From Terriglobia bacterium (lineage in GTDB: Bacteria; Acidobacteriota; Terriglobia; 20CM-2-55-15): a stretch of DNA of 64,000 bases. The stretch is taken from NCBI GenBank assembly GCA_965198225.1, contig CBDAOY010000007.1, positions 160,001-224,000 of the forward strand, written 5' to 3'. Position numbers and translations under genes: made by a program. This document shows, in pieces, positions 11,042 to 23,015 of the stretch. Below the pieces are notes generated by a model. It was not told the origin of the DNA. It saw nothing but the letters and a program-made list of their open reading frames with translations, and ran no database searches. Each line of letters opens with the position of its first letter. The stretch's first letter is position 1.

Positions 11042-12415
11042 ATGTACATTACCAAGAAACATATTTCCAGGCGGACGGCCCTTCATGGCATCGGCGTGAC
11101 CCTGTCGTTGCCGCTGTTGGAGGCGATGTTGCCCGCCCAGACGCCGATGCGGCAGACGGCGGCAGCGACGAAGACGCGTCTGGCCGCGCTCGAGATGGTG
11201 CACGGTTCGGCCGGCAGCACCGGCGACGGGACCCGCCTGCACTACTGGTCGCCCGAGAAGCAGGGTCGCGATTTCGAGATCACCCAGATCCTGCGTTCGC
11301 TGGCTCCCCACCAGGAGTACCTGACCGTAGTCAGTCACACCGACATCGCCCCAGCGACCGCTTCCATGCCCGCCGAGGCCGGCGCCGACCACACGCGTTC
11401 TTCGGCCGCGTTCCTGACCTGCGCTCATGCACGGATGACCGAGGGCGCCGACATCTACAACGGCGTCTCGATGGATCAGCTCTACGCGCAGCAGTTCGGC
11501 CAGGACACGCCGTTGCCCTCGATCCAACTTGCCATTGAGGACGTCGGCTCGTTGACCGGCGCCTGCGGCTACGGTTACAGCTGCGTGTACGCGAACACGG
11601 TGTCCTGGTCTTCGCCGACGACACCGCTTCCGATGGAGCGTGATCCCCGTGTTGCGTTCGAGCGCCTGTTCGGCGACGGCGCGACGCCGGAACAGCGGCT
11701 CAGCCGCCGCCAGGCCAGTGCCAGCATTCTCGACGGCATCCTCGGAAAGATCGACGACCTGAAGAAGGGGTTGGGCGAAGCGGACAGGGTCCGGCTGGAC
11801 GACTACCTGGATGACGTTCGTGAGATCGAGCGGCGGATCGAACGGGCAGAGCATCACAATGCGACCAAGGAGGCCGTCGAGTTGCCGTCCGCTCCGATCG
11901 GGGTGCCCGACGTCTGGACCGAGCATGTCAAGCTGATGTTCGACCTCCAGGTCCTGGCGTTCATGACCGACACGACCCGTGTTTCCGCCTTCAAGATGGG
12001 CCGCGACGTCAGCTCCCGCGTCTACACCGAGAGCGGCGTGAAAACCCCGTTCCATTCGCTGTCGCACCACGGCAACAAGCCCGACAAGCTGGCCGAGTTC
12101 GCGCAACTGAACGAGTTCCACGTGAACCAGGTGTCGTACTTCATCGACAGGCTCAAGAACACTCCCGATGGCGACGGCAACCTTCTCGACCACTCAGTCG
12201 TGCTCTACGGCAGCCCTATGGGCGACGGCAGCGTGCACAACCACCTGCGAATTCCGCTGTTCCTGGCCGGCAAGGCCAACGGGCAGCTCAAAGGTAACCA
12301 CCACCTGCTTTGCCCTGATGCTACGCCTCTGGCGAACGTCTACCTGACGCTGCTGCGAAGGATGGGGGTCGACGTCGACACGTTCGGCGACAGCACGGGC
12401 GAAGTCGCAATCTGA
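11042..12415 (+). CDS. DUF1552 (HXXSHH) protein with Tat-like N-terminus
   Basis: ISRRTALHG, FHSLSHH, GDGNLLDHS. Confidence 0.9.
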   Translation: MYITKKHISRRTALHGIGVTLSLPLLEAMLPAQTPMRQTAAATKTRLAALEMVHGSAGSTGDGTRLHYWSPEKQGRDFEITQILRSLAPHQEYLTVVSHTDIAPATASMPAEAGADHTRSSAAFLTCAHARMTEGADIYNGVSMDQLYAQQFGQDTPLPSIQLAIEDVGSLTGACGYGYSCVYANTVSWSSPTTPLPMERDPRVAFERLFGDGATPEQRLSRRQASASILDGILGKIDDLKKGLGEADRVRLDDYLDDVREIERRIERAEHHNATKEAVELPSAPIGVPDVWTEHVKLMFDLQVLAFMTDTTRVSAFKMGRDVSSRVYTESGVKTPFHSLSHHGNKPDKLAEFAQLNEFHVNQVSYFIDRLKNTPDGDGNLLDHSVVLYGSPMGDGSVHNHLRIPLFLAGKANGQLKGNHHLLCPDATPLANVYLTLLRRMGVDVDTFGDSTGEVAI

Positions 12416-12431
12416 GCCAGCGCGGAGGAAA

Positions 12432-14033
12432 GTGGATATGTTGTGGAAAAACGTAGTCGGCAGCCTCTTCGTCGCCGTGTTCACCGCCATTTCGACGGCG
12501 GTGTTGGTTCTGGCAGGCGTCGCCGCGGATGCCCCCCTCGCCGATGCGGCGATGGAAGGCGACATCGAGACCGTCCGCGCTTTGCTTGCCGGGGAGGCCG
12601 ACGTCAACGCGGCCCAGGGCGACGGCATGACCGCCCTGCATTGGGCGGCGTACCGGGATGATCTGGACACTGCCGATTTGTTGCTCCAGGCCGAGGCCGA
12701 CGTTACGGCCAAGACGCGCGTGGGCGCGATCATGCCGATCTCTCTGGCCGCCCAAAACGGCGGCGCTGTCATGATCGCGAAACTGATCGAGGCCGGGGCA
12801 GAGGCGAACTCCCGAACCGCGACCGGTGCGACCGCCTTGATGATGGCAGCCATGTCGGGCAGCCTGGAAGCCGTCGAGGTTCTGCTCGACAACGGGGCTT
12901 TCGTCAACGCACGTGAGAAGAAGAACGGTCAGACACCCTTGATGTTCGCGGCCTGGGAGAATCGCCCCGACGTCATCAGACTACTACTCGAGCGCGGAGC
13001 TCATGTCGGCCTGGCGACCTATCTCATTTCGATGGACGACACGCCGATCGACACGGTCGGTCTTCCGATCCAGGGCCGCAGAGGCCGGGGGCCGAGAGCC
13101 CCGGGCGGGAACTCTACGATGGGGGGCCAGACGGCCTTGCTGTTTGCCGCGCGTGACGGCCATCTGGATGCGGTGAAGGCGCTCGTCGAAGCCGGTGCAG
13201 ACGTCGACCAGATCAACGGAGGTGAAGGGTCGAGCCCGATGGTGATCGCCGTCGCAAACGGGCACTACAGCGTCGCCAAGTATCTCCTCGACCAGGGCGC
13301 GGATCCCAACATCGCCAACATTGACGGCCTGGCACCGCTGTACGCGACCGTGAACATGCGCCATGCGCCGGTGTCGTGGGCTCCGAATCCGTTGACAGAC
13401 CAGGAGACGGTCGACGGGCTCGAGTTGATCCGCGCGTTGCTCGAAAAGGGTGCGAACCCTGATGCGCGCGTCGAGCGAAAACTGTGGTTCAGCCCCACCT
13501 CCCACGACCGCGGCTGGATCGACTATTCCGGTTCCACTCCGTTCTGGCGCGCCGCCCGATCGAGCGACGTCGAGGCGATGCGCATCCTTATCGAGTTCGG
13601 CGCGGACCCGAACATCAACAGCTACGGTGGTATCACGCCACTGATGGTTGCAGCGGGCATCGGCTGGATCGGTAATTTCAGCCAGAACCTGCCGGATTCC
13701 TGGATGGATACCGTCCAGTACTGTGTCGAACTCGGCAACGACATCAATGCGGCCGACAAGGACGGCTACACTGCGCTGCACGGAGCGGCAGCCCGCGGCG
13801 ACGACGAAATGATCACATATCTGGTCGACCAGGGTGCGGATGTGACCGCCCTCAACAAGGACGGAGATTCCCCCGCCGACATGGCTTTCGGACCGTCGCG
13901 CTTCTTCATCCCGAGACCGGAGACGCGGGACCTGCTGATCAGGCTTGGATCGCCGTTCCTGGACAATTGCCGTTCCGACCAGTGCGTCGACGGCAAGTTC
14001 AACGCGGAGGGGAAAACCCCGAACCAGAACTAG
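12432..14033 (+). CDS. Exported ankyrin-repeat protein
   Basis: Signal peptide and many G.TALH/TPL ankyrin repeats. Confidence 0.9.
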   Translation: MDMLWKNVVGSLFVAVFTAISTAVLVLAGVAADAPLADAAMEGDIETVRALLAGEADVNAAQGDGMTALHWAAYRDDLDTADLLLQAEADVTAKTRVGAIMPISLAAQNGGAVMIAKLIEAGAEANSRTATGATALMMAAMSGSLEAVEVLLDNGAFVNAREKKNGQTPLMFAAWENRPDVIRLLLERGAHVGLATYLISMDDTPIDTVGLPIQGRRGRGPRAPGGNSTMGGQTALLFAARDGHLDAVKALVEAGADVDQINGGEGSSPMVIAVANGHYSVAKYLLDQGADPNIANIDGLAPLYATVNMRHAPVSWAPNPLTDQETVDGLELIRALLEKGANPDARVERKLWFSPTSHDRGWIDYSGSTPFWRAARSSDVEAMRILIEFGADPNINSYGGITPLMVAAGIGWIGNFSQNLPDSWMDTVQYCVELGNDINAADKDGYTALHGAAARGDDEMITYLVDQGADVTALNKDGDSPADMAFGPSRFFIPRPETRDLLIRLGSPFLDNCRSDQCVDGKFNAEGKTPNQN

Positions 14034-14051
14034 ACTTTCCTGGCGAAAGAG

Positions 14052-14090
14052 AAGCCCCGGCGGTCCGCCCGACGCCGGGGCTTTTTTCTT
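14052..14090 (+). terminator. Rho-independent terminator
   Basis: AAGCCCCGGCG..CGCCGGGGCTT followed by a T run. Confidence 0.85.
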
Positions 14091-14123
14091 GCGCGGGCTT
14101 CTCGTGTAGCGAAACTTGCGTCG

Positions 14124-14195
14124 GGTGTAGGTGCGCTCTATGAGCGCACTTCGTTTGGGTTCGAAGAATGTGCGGTCATAGACCGCACCTACACC
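14124..14195. repeat. GTAG-type REP doublet (REPIN)
   Basis: GTAG-GTGCGCTC-TAT-GAGCGCAC plus inverted GTGCGGTC-ATA-GACCGCAC-CTAC. Confidence 0.85.
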
Positions 14196-14321
14196 TCCCC
14201 AGGAAATCCGCCTATCCAAAAATTTCCTCCCCTCGAAAGGCTGTTTTGGACAAGGATGGTCATAGACCGAACCTTCATGGACGCCTGGCAAACAGGTTCC
14301 CGTCGACGGAGATTGAAAAGC

Positions 14322-16997
14322 ATGGCTCTCGAATACCTGTCTCAGTTGCCCGACACCAACCCGGAAGAAACCGCCGAATGGCTGGAATCGCTGGAAAGCC
14401 TTCTCCAGTCAGGGACTCACGATCGCGCCTCGTATCTGCTGCGGGCGATCGTACGTCGGGCCAGGGACCTGGGCATCGAACTTCCGGTTGCGGTGCAGAC
14501 TCCGTACATCAACTCGATCCCGGCTGAAGACGAACCGGACCTCCCGTTGAACGCCGACCTGGAAAAGCGAATCCGTCGTTTGATCCGATGGAACGCCATG
14601 GCGATGGTGCACCGCGCGAACGAACGCATCGAGGGCCTCGGCGGTCACCTTTCAACATACGCTTCGTCGGCAAGTCTCTACGAGGTCGGTTTCAATCACT
14701 TCTTCCGCGGCTGCGACGCTCCCGGGGGCGGTGATCAGTTGTTCATCCAGGGACACGCCGCTCCCGGCATCTATGCCCGTGCGTTTCTGGAAGGCCGCCT
14801 GGCGGAACAGGATCTCGACCACTTTCGGACCGAAACTTCGGGTAAGGGTCTGCCGTCATACCCGCATCCATGGCTGATGCCCGACTTCTGGCAATTCCCG
14901 ACCGTGTCGATGGGTTTGGGGCCCATAGCGGCTATCTACCAGGCGCGCTTCAATCGTTACCTGCAGGACCGCGGCCTGAAAGATACTTCCGAGCAGAGAG
15001 TCTGGTGCTTCCTCGGAGACGGTGAGACCGATGAGCCGGAGACTCTCGGCGCACTTTCGGTCGCGGCCCGTGAGCAGTTGGATAACCTGGTCTTCGTCGT
15101 GAACTGTAACCTGCAGCGCCTGGACGGTCCCGTGCGGGGCAACGGGAAGATCATGCAGGAGCTCGAAGCGGTGTTCCGCGGAGCGGGCTGGCGTGTCATC
15201 AAGGTCGTCTGGGGACCGGAATGGGATCCCCTTCTGGCACGGGACGACGACGGCCTGCTCGTTCAGCGGATGAACCAGGTGACCGACGGGGAGTTCCAGA
15301 AGTACTCCGTCGAAGACGGCGATTACATACGCAAACACTTCTTTGGCACCGATCCACGACTTCTCGAGCTCGTTTCCGATCTCAGCGATCGGCAACTGAC
15401 CCGGCTGCGACGTGGCGGCCACTCGTTTCGGAAGCTCTATACAGCTTACAAGTCCGCTGCCGAACATCGCGGCCAACCCATCGCGATCCTGGCGAAGACC
15501 GTAAAAGGTTGGATGCTCGGCAGCCATTTCGCGGGACGAAACGTCACGCACCAGCTCAAGCATCTCGACGAAGAACAGCTTCGAAAGTTCCGAGACGTGC
15601 TGGATCTGCCGATCCCGGACAGCCGCATCGAGGAAGCACCCTACTATCATCCCGGTCCGGACAGCGAGGAGGTGCGCTACCTGATCGAGAGGCGGCGCCA
15701 GCTGGGCGGTCCGTTGCCCAGCCGTAGCCGCAACAGCGCGGCGGTCAAGATTCCGGCGCCCGGCATCTTCAAGGAGTTCCGTGCCGGCGCGAAAGGCGGT
15801 GTGGAGGTGTCGACGACGATCGCATTCACGCGCTTGTTGCGGACGCTTCTGCGGGACAAGAAGATCGGTGCAAGGGTCGTGCCGATCATTCCCGACGAAG
15901 CCCGGACGTTTGGAATGGACGCTCTTTTCAGAGAGGTTGGAATCTACTCTTCGCTCGGCCAGCTCTACGAACCGGTCGACTCGGACCTGCTGCTCAACTA
16001 CAAGGAGGCCAAGGACGGCCAGCTGCTCGAAGAGGGAATCACCGAGGCGGGATCCATGGCGTCGTTCACCGCCGCGGCCACGTCCTATTCGACCCATGGC
16101 GTCGCCATGATCCCGTTCTACATCTTTTATTCGATGTTCGGTCTCCAGCGTACCGGGGACCAGGTTTGGGCGGTTGGGGATTCTCGGGGACGCGGCTTCA
16201 TGATGGCCGCCACGTCGGGACGCACGACCCTGAACGGGGAAGGGCTCCAGCATCAGGATGGCCACAGTCATCTGATGGCGAGTACGGTGCCGAACCTCGT
16301 CTCATACGACCCCGCGTACGCGTACGAGCTTTCCACCATCATCTATAACGGTCTGGAGAGGATGATCCGAGACCAGGAAGACATCTTCTACTACATCACG
16401 ATCTACAATGAGAACTACGCGATGCCGCCGATGCCCGAGGGAATCGAGGAAGGCATTCTGAAGGGCATCTACCTGTTGAGCCCTACCCCTCCGGGAAAGA
16501 AATCCGTGGCGCAGCTCTTCGGCAGCGGCCCGATCTTGAGGTGTTCACTGGAAGCCCAGGGAATCCTGGCAGAGGACTTCGGCATTCAGACCAATGTCTG
16601 GAGCGTCACCAGCTATCAGGAGCTGTTTCGGGACGGGAGGCGCGTCGAACGTCACAATCGGCTGAATCCTGGCTCGAAGCCGGGGCTTTCCTACCTGGGG
16701 AAAGTCCTGAAACCTCACCCGGGACCCGTGATTGCCGCGTCGGACTGGGTGTCCCAGATCCCCGACATGCTGCGTCCTTTCCTGCCGCGACCTTTCGTTG
16801 CTCTGGGTACCGATGGATACGGACGGTCCGACACCCGGGTTGCGTTGCGGTCGCATTTCGAGGTCGATGCGCGATGGATTGTGCACAGCACGCTCTACGC
16901 GTTGATGCGGGAAGGGAAAGTATCGTCCGAGACCGTTCAGAAGGCCCTGAAACAGCTGGAGCTGGACCCCAAGAAGCCCGATCCTTTCGGTGCTTGA
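14322..16997 (+). CDS. aceE: Pyruvate dehydrogenase E1, homodimeric type
   Basis: GGHLSTYAS, FPTVSMGLG, GDGETDEPE, NCNLQRLDGP, GEGLQHQDG, GTDGYGRSD. Confidence 0.95.
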   Translation: MALEYLSQLPDTNPEETAEWLESLESLLQSGTHDRASYLLRAIVRRARDLGIELPVAVQTPYINSIPAEDEPDLPLNADLEKRIRRLIRWNAMAMVHRANERIEGLGGHLSTYASSASLYEVGFNHFFRGCDAPGGGDQLFIQGHAAPGIYARAFLEGRLAEQDLDHFRTETSGKGLPSYPHPWLMPDFWQFPTVSMGLGPIAAIYQARFNRYLQDRGLKDTSEQRVWCFLGDGETDEPETLGALSVAAREQLDNLVFVVNCNLQRLDGPVRGNGKIMQELEAVFRGAGWRVIKVVWGPEWDPLLARDDDGLLVQRMNQVTDGEFQKYSVEDGDYIRKHFFGTDPRLLELVSDLSDRQLTRLRRGGHSFRKLYTAYKSAAEHRGQPIAILAKTVKGWMLGSHFAGRNVTHQLKHLDEEQLRKFRDVLDLPIPDSRIEEAPYYHPGPDSEEVRYLIERRRQLGGPLPSRSRNSAAVKIPAPGIFKEFRAGAKGGVEVSTTIAFTRLLRTLLRDKKIGARVVPIIPDEARTFGMDALFREVGIYSSLGQLYEPVDSDLLLNYKEAKDGQLLEEGITEAGSMASFTAAATSYSTHGVAMIPFYIFYSMFGLQRTGDQVWAVGDSRGRGFMMAATSGRTTLNGEGLQHQDGHSHLMASTVPNLVSYDPAYAYELSTIIYNGLERMIRDQEDIFYYITIYNENYAMPPMPEGIEEGILKGIYLLSPTPPGKKSVAQLFGSGPILRCSLEAQGILAEDFGIQTNVWSVTSYQELFRDGRRVERHNRLNPGSKPGLSYLGKVLKPHPGPVIAASDWVSQIPDMLRPFLPRPFVALGTDGYGRSDTRVALRSHFEVDARWIVHSTLYALMREGKVSSETVQKALKQLELDPKKPDPFGA

Positions 16998-17014
16998 GAG
17001 ACGTGTGTGAACGA

Positions 17015-17089
17015 GGTGTAGGTGCGGTCTATGACCGCACATCTCGTGGTTCCTCAAGCATTTGTGCGGTCATAGACCGCACCTACACC
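17015..17089. repeat. REP doublet
   Basis: Two inverted GTAGGTGCGGTCTATGACCGCAC units. Confidence 0.85.
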
Positions 17090-17099
17090 CGAGAAGCAG

Positions 17100-18737
<1,638 letters not shown>

Positions 18738-18742
18738 TTTAG

Positions 18743-18792
18743 CGAAATCTCGCAGCCTGGCTACGATATTTCGTAATAATCACGAAATATCG
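18743..18792. promoter_or_regulatory. Candidate enhancer sites for the sigma54 activator
   Basis: CGATATTTCGT-7 bp-ACGAAATATCG perfect inverted repeat plus a CGAAATCTCG half-site. Confidence 0.65.
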
Positions 18793-18943
18793 CACCCCTT
18801 CGATGGCCCGATTTCATTTTAACTTACTTATATTTAATGCTTTACGGCTTTGGTTCCTATGGACGCCGGCGTGTACCAGAAACACCAAGGCAAATGGAAA
18901 CGCCAGACAACATTCAACCTTTCAGAAAAAGAGGAGACATGAA

Positions 18944-20713
18944 ATGACATTCACCAACACCACTCGAAAGACGCTCTTGGTTGGACTGATGGCCGTACTC
19001 GCTTTTACGACCCCGGTCCAGGGCCAACTCCCGAATCCGGGAATGGAGATCGACCCGGCAAACACCGCTCTGGTCATCACCGATCCGCAGAACGACTTCC
19101 TGAGCCCCGATGGAGTCACATGGGGCGTTGTCGGCAAGAGCGTGACCGAAAACAACACGGTCGAGAACATCGAGAGCCTGTTGAAGGCCGCCAAGGCGAA
19201 CGACATTCCGGTATTCGTTTCCCCTCATTACTACTACCCCACCGATCACGGCTGGAAGTTCGAGGGGGCTCTCGAAGCCTTCATGCACGCCGTTGGCATG
19301 TTCGACCGCGAAGACGCCCTGAGCCTGGACGGCTTCGAGAACTCTGGTGCCGACTGGCTGGAGCGGTACAAGCCCTACATCAAGGATGGCAAAACCGTCG
19401 TGTCCAGTCCCCACAAGGTGTACGGTCCCGAGACGAACGATCTGATCCTGCAACTCCGCAAGCGCGGTATCGACCGAGTGGTCCTGGCCGGAATGTCGGC
19501 GAACCTCTGCACGGAAAGTCACCTGCGCGAGCTGCTGGAGCAGGGCTTCGAAGTCGCCGTCGTCTCTGACGCGACCGCCGCCGCCCAGGTTCCCGACGGT
19601 GATGGCTACCAGTCCGCGCTCGTCAACTTCCGGTTCATCGCGAACACCGTCTGGACGACCGCCGAAGCGCTCGAAAGGATCGAGCGGACCACAACCGATG
19701 CACGGGCCGCGGCTCAGCCCAGTAGCGCCGCGACATTCGTCCAGACGTCAGGTCGAGAAACGAAACCGGAGATGACCTCCCAGAGCACGTCGGGCCGAAC
19801 CCATCATCGGACGATGGACATCGGCGGTCTGGAGATCTTCTACCGTGAAGCGGGTCCCGTCGAAGCACCGACGGTGCTGCTGTTGCACGGTTTCCCGACC
19901 TCGTCGCATATGTTCCGCAACCTGATCCCGCTTCTCGCGGATCGCTTTCATGTGATCGCACCCGACTACCCGGGTTTCGGCGCAAGCTCGATGCCGACAC
20001 CGCAGGAATTCGACTACACCTTCGACAACCTCGCCGATGTTGTCGATCAGCTCGTCACCAGGTTGGGAATCGAAAAGTACAGCATCTATCTTATGGATTA
20101 CGGCGCCCCCGTCGGCTATCGCCTCGCGGTGCAACATCCCGAACGGGTGCAGGCTCTCATCATCCAGAACGGCAACGCGTACGACGAAGGTCTCCGCGAG
20201 TTCTGGGATCCGATCAAGGCCTACTGGAAGGACCGCACCCCCGAGCAGGGAGAGGCTCTCCGCGACGCTCTCTTGACCCTGGAAGCCACGAAGTGGCAAT
20301 ACACAAACGGGGTTCGCGAGGTGGCGGCGATTTCTCCGGACAACTGGTTCCACGACCAGTTTCTGCTGGAGCGGCCGGGCAACAAAGACATCCAGCTCGA
20401 GTTGTTCTACGATTATGGCTCGAACCCGCCGCTCTACCCGGAATGGCAGGCGTACTTCCGGGAGCACCAACCGCCGGCTCTCATCGTTTGGGGCAAGAAC
20501 GACTACATTTTTCCGTCCGAAGGCGCCTCCCCGTACACACGCGACCTGGATGACGTCGAGCTCCACCTCTTCGACACCGGACACTTCGCCCTGGAGGAAG
20601 ACGGCGCCGCCATAGCGGACCTGATTCGTGACTTCCTCGAACGGAAGGTCGTCGAGCAGGGGACGGATTCGAAACTGGCTTCGACACAAACCGTCGCAAA
20701 GGGACTCCGGTAG
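18944..20713 (+). CDS. Exported fusion of isochorismatase-like cysteine hydrolase and alpha/beta hydrolase
   Basis: Signal peptide; TDPQNDF, HK, MSANLC; then [20 protein letters not shown]; RBS GAGGAG. Confidence 0.85.
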   Translation: MTFTNTTRKTLLVGLMAVLAFTTPVQGQLPNPGMEIDPANTALVITDPQNDFLSPDGVTWGVVGKSVTENNTVENIESLLKAAKANDIPVFVSPHYYYPTDHGWKFEGALEAFMHAVGMFDREDALSLDGFENSGADWLERYKPYIKDGKTVVSSPHKVYGPETNDLILQLRKRGIDRVVLAGMSANLCTESHLRELLEQGFEVAVVSDATAAAQVPDGDGYQSALVNFRFIANTVWTTAEALERIERTTTDARAAAQPSSAATFVQTSGRETKPEMTSQSTSGRTHHRTMDIGGLEIFYREAGPVEAPTVLLLHGFPTSSHMFRNLIPLLADRFHVIAPDYPGFGASSMPTPQEFDYTFDNLADVVDQLVTRLGIEKYSIYLMDYGAPVGYRLAVQHPERVQALIIQNGNAYDEGLREFWDPIKAYWKDRTPEQGEALRDALLTLEATKWQYTNGVREVAAISPDNWFHDQFLLERPGNKDIQLELFYDYGSNPPLYPEWQAYFREHQPPALIVWGKNDYIFPSEGASPYTRDLDDVELHLFDTGHFALEEDGAAIADLIRDFLERKVVEQGTDSKLASTQTVAKGLR

Positions 20714-21360
20714 TGGCTCGTCCGATCAGCGACATTGCTTTTACACCGGCCGTAAAGGCCGCACAGCAGAAACGCGGCTCGCGGCTCTCTTACTCCCGGA
20801 TGGAACAGCGAGGCGGATGGGCCGGCGTCGTTACTCGCGAACTCGAAGACTTCATCGGCCAACGAGACTCGCTGTACCTGGGGACGGCCAGCGCGGACGG
20901 CCAGCCTTACATCCAGCACCGGGGAGGTCCGCCCGGCTTCCTCAAGGTGCTGGACGAGGAGACACTCGCGCTGGCCGACTTTGCCGGCAACGCCCAGTAC
21001 ATATCGCTGGGTAACCTCAGCGAAAACAACAAGGCGTTCATCTTCCTGATGGACTACTCCAACCGGCGGCGGATCAAGATCTGGGGCGAAGCGGAGTTCG
21101 TGGAGGACGACCCAGAACTGTTGGCCCGGCTGGTCGATTCTGGATACGAGGCGCGGCCTGAACGGGCGCTCGTGTTTCACGTCAGGGCCTGGGACGTCAA
21201 CTGTCCCCAGCACATCCGGCAACGCTTTACGCCCGAAGAGATCGAGCCCACGCTCGAAGCGTTGCGCGCCAGGATCGAGCAACTGGAATCCCGGTTGCAA
21301 GATGCTGGCCTGGACCCGTCGCCCGAGGCGGACGAACCGATAGCCCGGAGGGCAGGTTGA
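20713..21360 (+). CDS. Pyridoxamine 5'-phosphate oxidase-like FMN-binding protein
   Basis: PYIQHRGGPPGF, DFAGNAQYISLGNL, WDVNCPQHI. Confidence 0.9.
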   Translation: MARPISDIAFTPAVKAAQQKRGSRLSYSRMEQRGGWAGVVTRELEDFIGQRDSLYLGTASADGQPYIQHRGGPPGFLKVLDEETLALADFAGNAQYISLGNLSENNKAFIFLMDYSNRRRIKIWGEAEFVEDDPELLARLVDSGYEARPERALVFHVRAWDVNCPQHIRQRFTPEEIEPTLEALRARIEQLESRLQDAGLDPSPEADEPIARRAG

Positions 21361-21970
21361 ACCGACGCGATACCAATTCCTGATCGACACCTACGAGACG
21401 GAGCGACTCAAGACGCTCAGCGTGTGGAGCATGTTCGAAGACGATGATCTCGGGGTCAGGCCTCACTCCTCCGACCGACGCGGCCGCAGTGTCCGGGAAC
21501 AGATGGTGCACCAGTGCATCAGCGAAGACCTCTGGTTTCGTCAGATCCTTGGCGTCGACATCGAGTTGCCCCCCTTACCGGAAGAGGAGTCGCGTCTTGG
21601 GTTCATCCAGCGTTACGCCGATGACTCCGGCAGGAGGTTGGAGTCGCTCCGCCTTCGAAACGAGACATGGTGGGAGGAACCATCGATGTTCTTCAACGTT
21701 TCGCGGTCGCGAGCCTGGGTGCTTGTGCGGCGCGTTGCGCACACCTCCCACCACCGCGGGCAGCAGATGGCGATGCTGCGAATGCTCAACCGGGATGTCC
21801 ACAGCAACTACGGCCCGACTGCCGACACGGGCGGCCTGATGCAGAACAAGGCGCCGGTGATCTACGCGTATCCCGACCTCGATACCCTGCTCGAGCAGGA
21901 AGCCGGTGCAGCAGGGCTCAAGGCGCCGCTGCCCGGACCGGGGGAGAAGGCGCCGACGGAACGGCCGTGA
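21357..21970 (+). CDS. DinB family protein (probable 1-nt frameshift near the start)
   Basis: YQFLIDTYETERLKTLSVW, HQCISE, AHTSHHRGQ; GGAGG and TTG at 21357 are out of frame by one base. Confidence 0.8.
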
Positions 21971-22009
21971 CCGTTCGCGGATTGGTCATGCGATCAACAG
22001 GAGAAGACA

Positions 22010-22339
22010 ATGAGCAGACAGCTAGGACAGTTGACAGACGCGAACTTTGAACTAGAACTCGCTCGAGCCGATCAACCCGTATTGGTCGACTTCTGGGCAG
22101 ACTGGTGTGGGCCTTGCCACGCGGTCGCTCCAACGCTCGAAGAGCTGGAGAAGACGTTTTCTGGTCGCGCAACGATCGCGAAGCTCGACGCCGATCAGAA
22201 CCCGCAGGCCTCTGCACGCTACGGTATACGGTCCATTCCAACGCTGATATTGTTCAAGGCCGGACGCGAACAGGAGCGACTGCTGGGAGCCCAGCCAAAG
22301 AATGCGATATCGGAATTGCTGGAGCGGAACGCGGCTTGA
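22010..22339 (+). CDS. trxA: Thioredoxin
   Basis: DFWADWCGPC, GIRSIPT. Confidence 0.95.
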   Translation: MSRQLGQLTDANFELELARADQPVLVDFWADWCGPCHAVAPTLEELEKTFSGRATIAKLDADQNPQASARYGIRSIPTLILFKAGREQERLLGAQPKNAISELLERNAA

Positions 22340-22368
22340 AGCTGCCGCGATCCATCGGCGGCATACCT

Positions 22369-22464
22369 GTGCGGTCATAGGCCGCACCTACACCGCGAGA
22401 ATACCGTCGTACAAATGTAGGTGCGGTCTATGACCGCACACTGTTCGACACACGCACCTACACC
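22369..22464. repeat. REP cluster (one single copy plus one partly deleted doublet)
   Basis: Same GTAG-GTGCGGTC family. Confidence 0.8.
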
Positions 22465-22593
22465 TGGTCCTGGAGTTTCGCTTGTCTCCGGCATCGAGAC
22501 TTCGTAGGAGGACCGCATACTCTACGCTGAGCGAAAAGCTGCGTGGGTTGGTGGTATCATTGTCGGGCCCTTTCACACGAAACGGACCACACT

Positions 22594-22953
22594 ATGATCG
22601 ACGATGTGAAAGAACTCTTCCAAAGCTTCATCGCCCCTCAGCTCGAGGGTATCAAAGGTGAACTTGTAGCCATCAACGCCAGAATCGACGCCCAGGACGT
22701 GAAGTTTGAAGCGAGGTTTGAAACCCTCGACAGCAAGTTTGAAGCCCTCGACATGAAGTTCGGAACCATTTCTCCGAGAATGGAAGCCTATCGCGGGGAA
22801 CTGCTCGCTCAGATACAGCGTGTGGAAGAAACCTTGTCAGCCGACTTCGTCCGCCTCGAAAGCAAGGTCGACCTCCGTCTGGCTTCGATGGATGAGAAAC
22901 TGGACCTCTTCCGTCGGGAACTGCTGGCGGAGATCAGAGCGTCGAAAAACTAG
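22594..22953 (+). CDS. Small coiled-coil hypothetical protein
   Basis: Heptad-like repeats KFEARFETLDSKFEALDMKF. Confidence 0.7.
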   Translation: MIDDVKELFQSFIAPQLEGIKGELVAINARIDAQDVKFEARFETLDSKFEALDMKFGTISPRMEAYRGELLAQIQRVEETLSADFVRLESKVDLRLASMDEKLDLFRRELLAEIRASKN

Positions 22954-22970
22954 GTTCCGTATCGAAAAAC

Positions 22971-22996
22971 GTGCCGTCATAGACCCCACCTACACC
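22971..22996 (-). repeat. Degenerate REP
   Basis: GTGCCGTCATAGACCCCACCTACACC. Confidence 0.7.
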
Positions 22997-23015
22997 TCCC
23001 TCACGAAGGATCCGG

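Noticed and set aside
8456-16271. Long antisense ORFs (e.g. 8456..9919, 11015..12193, 14856..16271)
   Set aside because: Shadows of high-GC genes with no recognisable motifs
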